Below are positions 7,979 to 13,829 of a stretch of DNA of 13,829 bases, piece by piece. Position 1 is the stretch's first letter, and each line of letters begins with the position of its first letter. The notes beneath the pieces were generated by a model. That model had not been told where the DNA came from. It worked only from the letters and a program-made list of their open reading frames with translations, and did no database searches. The position numbers were made by a program, and so were the translations under genes. Source of the DNA: Myxococcota bacterium (GTDB lineage: Bacteria > Myxococcota_A > Polyangia > Polyangiales > Sandaracinaceae); assembly GCA_036149055.1 (NCBI GenBank), contig JAYZQJ010000063.1, forward strand, positions 1 to 13,829, read 5' to 3'.

Positions 7979-9013
7979 ATGCCTCGCACTCACAGACTGC
8001 ACCTTCCCCACCAGCTCGTTCACGTCATCGTTCGATTCGTCAACGAGCGGTTCCTCATCACGACCCGCGAAGCGCGCGCCGCGTACCTGAGGCGCCTGTT
8101 CAAAGCGGTTCGGCGGACCGACTGGCGGCTCCTCGCCTGGGCAGTGATGTCCAACCACATCCACCTGGCGTTCCTCACGGGCAGGCACAGCCTCGCTGAA
8201 TGGGGTCGCTCGGTGCACACCGGATGGACGCGCTGGATGCACTCGTTCCTGTCGCGAGACGGCTGCAAGTCCCGCGGCCCGCTCATCGCCGAGCGCCCGA
8301 CGACCATCTTCTTGCCGCTCGAGCGCACGGCCTACTTGATCGCATACATCCACAACAACCCGGTCAGGGCGAACGTTGTCCAGTCAGCGGAGCTGAGCGA
8401 CTGGACGAGCCATCGCGCGCTCATCGGTCTGGAGCACCGTCCGAGTGTGCTCGATGCGCGGCTGGCCCTGTCGCTGTGTGACCTCTCCGACGACTCCGAC
8501 GGCCGCCGTGTCTTGCAGGAGCACGTCACAGGCCACGCCGACGACCCACGCGACGACGCTATCTCCGGTCGCACCGTGGCGGCGGACCGGGCGGAAGAGC
8601 GGCGACGCTCGGGAAGCGGTGCGGAGGTCCGCGCTGGTGCCATGCGCTCGGACGGGACCGTCGCCGTCCTTCCTTCGCGTACTCCAGGGCTGCACGTTCG
8701 CGCGGGATACCCGGGCTCGGCACTCGACGTCCTCGTCGCGGTCGCCCGCCTCGAACGTGTGTCGGTCGAGGCGATGCGAGAGCGACTCCGCGCCTCCGGT
8801 CGCACACGCGCCCGCCGAATCGCCGTGCTCACCTGGCATCGATTGGGACGGCCCATGAGCGAGATGGCCGCCGCGCTGTCGATGAGCCGGGGAAACGCCT
8901 CGAAGATCGTCTCGGGCTTCGCAGACGACGCGGAGCTGGCTCAGTCCGTGGCTCGCGTGATCGACGCTCTGCTTCTGGAGCCGGAGACCGACGAGCGGTC
9001 CCTCGCCTCCTGA
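7979..9013 (+). CDS. REP-associated tyrosine transposase-like protein (Y1_Tnp HUH domain plus C-terminal DnaA-C/TrpR-like HTH)
   Basis: MPRTHR..LVHVIVRFVN start, AWAVMSNHIHL (HUH), IAYIHNNPVRANVV (catalytic Tyr plus NP), DWTSHRA. C-terminal DVLVAVARLERVSVEAM...RARRIAVL...PMSEMAAALSMSRGNASKIV is HTH-like. 344 aa from ATG 7979. Confidence 0.85.
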   Translation: MPRTHRLHLPHQLVHVIVRFVNERFLITTREARAAYLRRLFKAVRRTDWRLLAWAVMSNHIHLAFLTGRHSLAEWGRSVHTGWTRWMHSFLSRDGCKSRGPLIAERPTTIFLPLERTAYLIAYIHNNPVRANVVQSAELSDWTSHRALIGLEHRPSVLDARLALSLCDLSDDSDGRRVLQEHVTGHADDPRDDAISGRTVAADRAEERRRSGSGAEVRAGAMRSDGTVAVLPSRTPGLHVRAGYPGSALDVLVAVARLERVSVEAMRERLRASGRTRARRIAVLTWHRLGRPMSEMAAALSMSRGNASKIVSGFADDAELAQSVARVIDALLLEPETDERSLAS

Positions 9014-9016
9014 CAA

Positions 9017-9050
9017 GGCAACAAGGAAACTCCGTCCCAATGTCCCTAAT
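9017..9050 (-). repeat. Right inner repeat R1
   Basis: Reverse complement reads ATTAGGGACATTGGGACGGAGTTTCCTTGTTGCC; lies 3 bp after the transposase stop. Confidence 0.9.
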
Positions 9051-9070
9051 CGGGGGCAGCGCCGGCGGGG

Positions 9071-9100
9071 TGGGCAACAAGGAAACTCCGTCCCCGTGTC
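9071..9100 (-). repeat. Right outer repeat R2
   Basis: Reverse complement reads GACACGGGGACGGAGTTTCCTTGTTGCCCA; offset 56 bp from R1; abuts the stop codon at 9101-9103. Confidence 0.9.
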
Positions 9101-10659
9101 TCAGAACATGGAGTCGACGGGGCGGATCTGGATCGCGTCTCTCGCGAGGCCGAGGGGGTAGGCGATGATCTCGGCGTCTTCGGCGCGGACGGCCTCGGGG
9201 ACCTCGGTGGTGTAGGTGATCGGGCTCTCGGCGTCGGTGGCGAGGGCTTCGGCGAGGGCCTCGGCGTCGCTGGCGACGAGGGCGATGCGCAGCTGGTCGG
9301 GGCGGAGGTGACGGCGGATGGCGGCGTGCACGGCCTCCGGGGTGAGCTCGGCCCAGGCGGCGCGGAGGCGCTCGAGGTAGGGCGCGTCGACGCCGTAGGA
9401 GGCGTCGTCCATCGCGAAGCCGAGGGCGCGGCTCGAGGTCTGCAAGTAGAGCGCGTAGTAGCGGTCGGCGAAGGTGCGGACGCGGTCGAGCTCTTCGGCG
9501 CTCAGGCCGCGCTCCACCAGCCCGCGCAGCTCCCGGATGGCGAGCCGGATCGCGAAGTGCGCGGTCTCCGGGCGCAAGGGGCGCAGCCAGATGGAGAAGT
9601 GCTGCTGACGACGCGCCACGTTCGGGAGCGGGAAGGTCGACCAGCCGTCCTGCGTGAAGCTCTCGGCGTAGGCGTAGTCGCCGTAGTTCAGGCCGCGCTG
9701 GCCGCGGATGGCCTGCATGAGGCGACCGATGAATTGACGGTGCTGACCGAGCCAGCTCGCGACGAGCACGAGGGCGGGGTAGTCGGGGTGCTCGCGGCGC
9801 ACCTCGATGGGGAAGCCCATCGACACGGCCACCGCGGGCGCGTCCGGCTTGCGCACGATGAGCACGCGCGGCGCCTCGAGCGGCTCGACCGCGGGCAGCG
9901 GACGGCGACCGAGACACGACTCTCCGTCCAGCCCCGAGACGTCGCGCACCAGGCTCGCCTCGAGCGCCTCCGGGTAGTCCCCCGCGATGCCCACGATCGC
10001 GCGGCCGGCGCAGAAGACCCGGCGCCGGTGAGCGCGCACGTCGTCCAGGCGCACCCGCGAGAGCCCGCGCTCGGTGCCCAGCGGCGGGTGCGCGTAAGGG
10101 TGACCGCCGTACATCAGCGCGTGCAGCGCCGCCTCGCCGAGCGCCTCGTCGTCCGAGCTCCGCAGATCGACACGCAGGGCCTCCCGCTGCTGGTCCCGCA
10201 CGCGCTCGAAGTCGGCCTCGCTCATCGCGGGCGAGAGCAGCACGTCGCGGAAGATCCCGTAGAAGCGCTCGGCGTGATCGCGATGCGCCTGCCCCACGAA
10301 GACGGTCATGTCCCGGCCCACGTGCGCGTGGATCGAGGCGGCCATCGGGTAGAGCGCGCGCGTCAGCTCCGCGTAGCTCAGGTCTCCGGCGCCGCCGCTC
10401 GCCATCAGCTGGGCGGCGAGCCGCGTGAGGCCTTCGTAGCCCTCGGGGTCCGCCGCCGAGCCCGCCTCGAAAGCGACCCGGAAGGTGACGACCGGGTCGT
10501 CGCTCCGCTGGGCCACCACGAGCGGCGCGTCACGCAGCGCCTCGCGCGTCTCGGTCGGCGCCGTCGCCGTGGGCTCCTCCGCCGGCAGGCGCGGTTACTC
10601 GCGAGGCGCGGTCGGCGCGCCGCCGCAGCCCACGAGCGCCACGATCCAGAGCCAGCGCC

Positions 10660-10663
<4 letters not shown>
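9101..10663 (-). pseudogene. M16B peptidase non-catalytic partner subunit (lipoprotein) interrupted by an in-frame TAA at 10595-10597; the M16 body 9101-10519 is intact
   Basis: GTG 10663 overlaps the upstream stop (GTGA) and has GGAG upstream. It encodes MRRWLWIVALVGCGGAPTAPRE*, then continues in frame with PRLPAEEPTATAP...VVAQRSDDPVVTFRVAFEAGSAADP.G.EGL, HPYAHPPLGT and GRLMQAIRGQRGLNYG (M16 R/Y pair). No HxxEH motif. The stop could be a sequencing error. Confidence 0.7.
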
Positions 10664-13673
<3,010 letters not shown>

Positions 13674-13689
13674 GCCGGCGGTTCTAGCA
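13674..13689 (-). promoter_or_regulatory. Putative extended -10 (TGCTA) leaderless promoter of the gpmI operon
   Basis: Minus strand reads TGCTA-GAACCGCCGGC-ATG (11-nt spacing), with no SD. Confidence 0.5.
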
Positions 13690-13757
13690 GCTCGCGGCGG
13701 AAATGCGCGTGATGGATCGGCGAGCGCGACGTCGCGTCCAGCGCGGCGGGCCGACGA

Positions 13758-13777
13758 CGAAATGCTTCAGCATTTCG
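13758..13777. promoter_or_regulatory. AT-rich palindrome, candidate transcription-factor operator
   Basis: CGAAATGCT-TC-AGCATTTCG, perfect 9-bp arms; an extra half-site GAAATGC at 13700-13706. Confidence 0.4.
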
Positions 13778-13829
13778 GAGGAGCGACTGGCGCGCTGGGC
13801 GCGGCGTCCCGCCGGCGAGGCGCGCGCAG

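Larger units (their letters stand above)
7844..9100. mobile_element. RAYT-like (HUH/Y1) transposase element bounded by paired inverted repeats
   Basis: Perfect 26-bp inverted repeat at 7853-7878 and 9071-9096 (30 bp with one mismatch, 7849-7878 / 9071-9100), plus inner copies. Encloses a single Y1 transposase gene and sits between convergent host genes. Visibly more A/T at codon third positions than its neighbours. Confidence 0.75.

Noticed and set aside
7849..9100. Repeat-spacer-repeat units as a mini-CRISPR array
   Set aside because: Only two copies per side, in opposite orientations around a transposase, with no cas genes. Better explained as element ends.
7836..9110. Target-site duplication around the element (AGAA at 7841 and 9103)
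   Set aside because: Only 4 bp and not symmetrically adjacent to the repeat ends; likely chance.

Overview
Very GC-rich bacterial DNA; the gene style suggests Myxococcota/Polyangiales, but that is inference only. Left to right: a ~260-bp intergenic element built from GNA-triloop hairpins; two minus-strand sulfotransferase genes (one fused to a glycosyltransferase-like domain); a plus-strand run of esterase, histone-H1-like-tail protein, SH3-like lipoprotein, RimJ-type GNAT, lipoprotein and creatininase-family genes; an HUH/Y1 (RAYT-like) transposase with a C-terminal HTH; and a convergent minus-strand operon of gpmI plus an M16 peptidase pair, whose second subunit has an in-frame TAA just after its lipoprotein signal. 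The most notable structure is the RAYT-like gene. It is bracketed by four copies of a non-palindromic ~25-30-bp repeat (GGGAC-N3-GGGACGGAGTTTCCTTGTTGCC), two on each side, all pointing inward, with an identical 56-bp period on both sides. Three separate genes also share an exact TGCTA-N11-ATG upstream motif, suggesting leaderless promoters.
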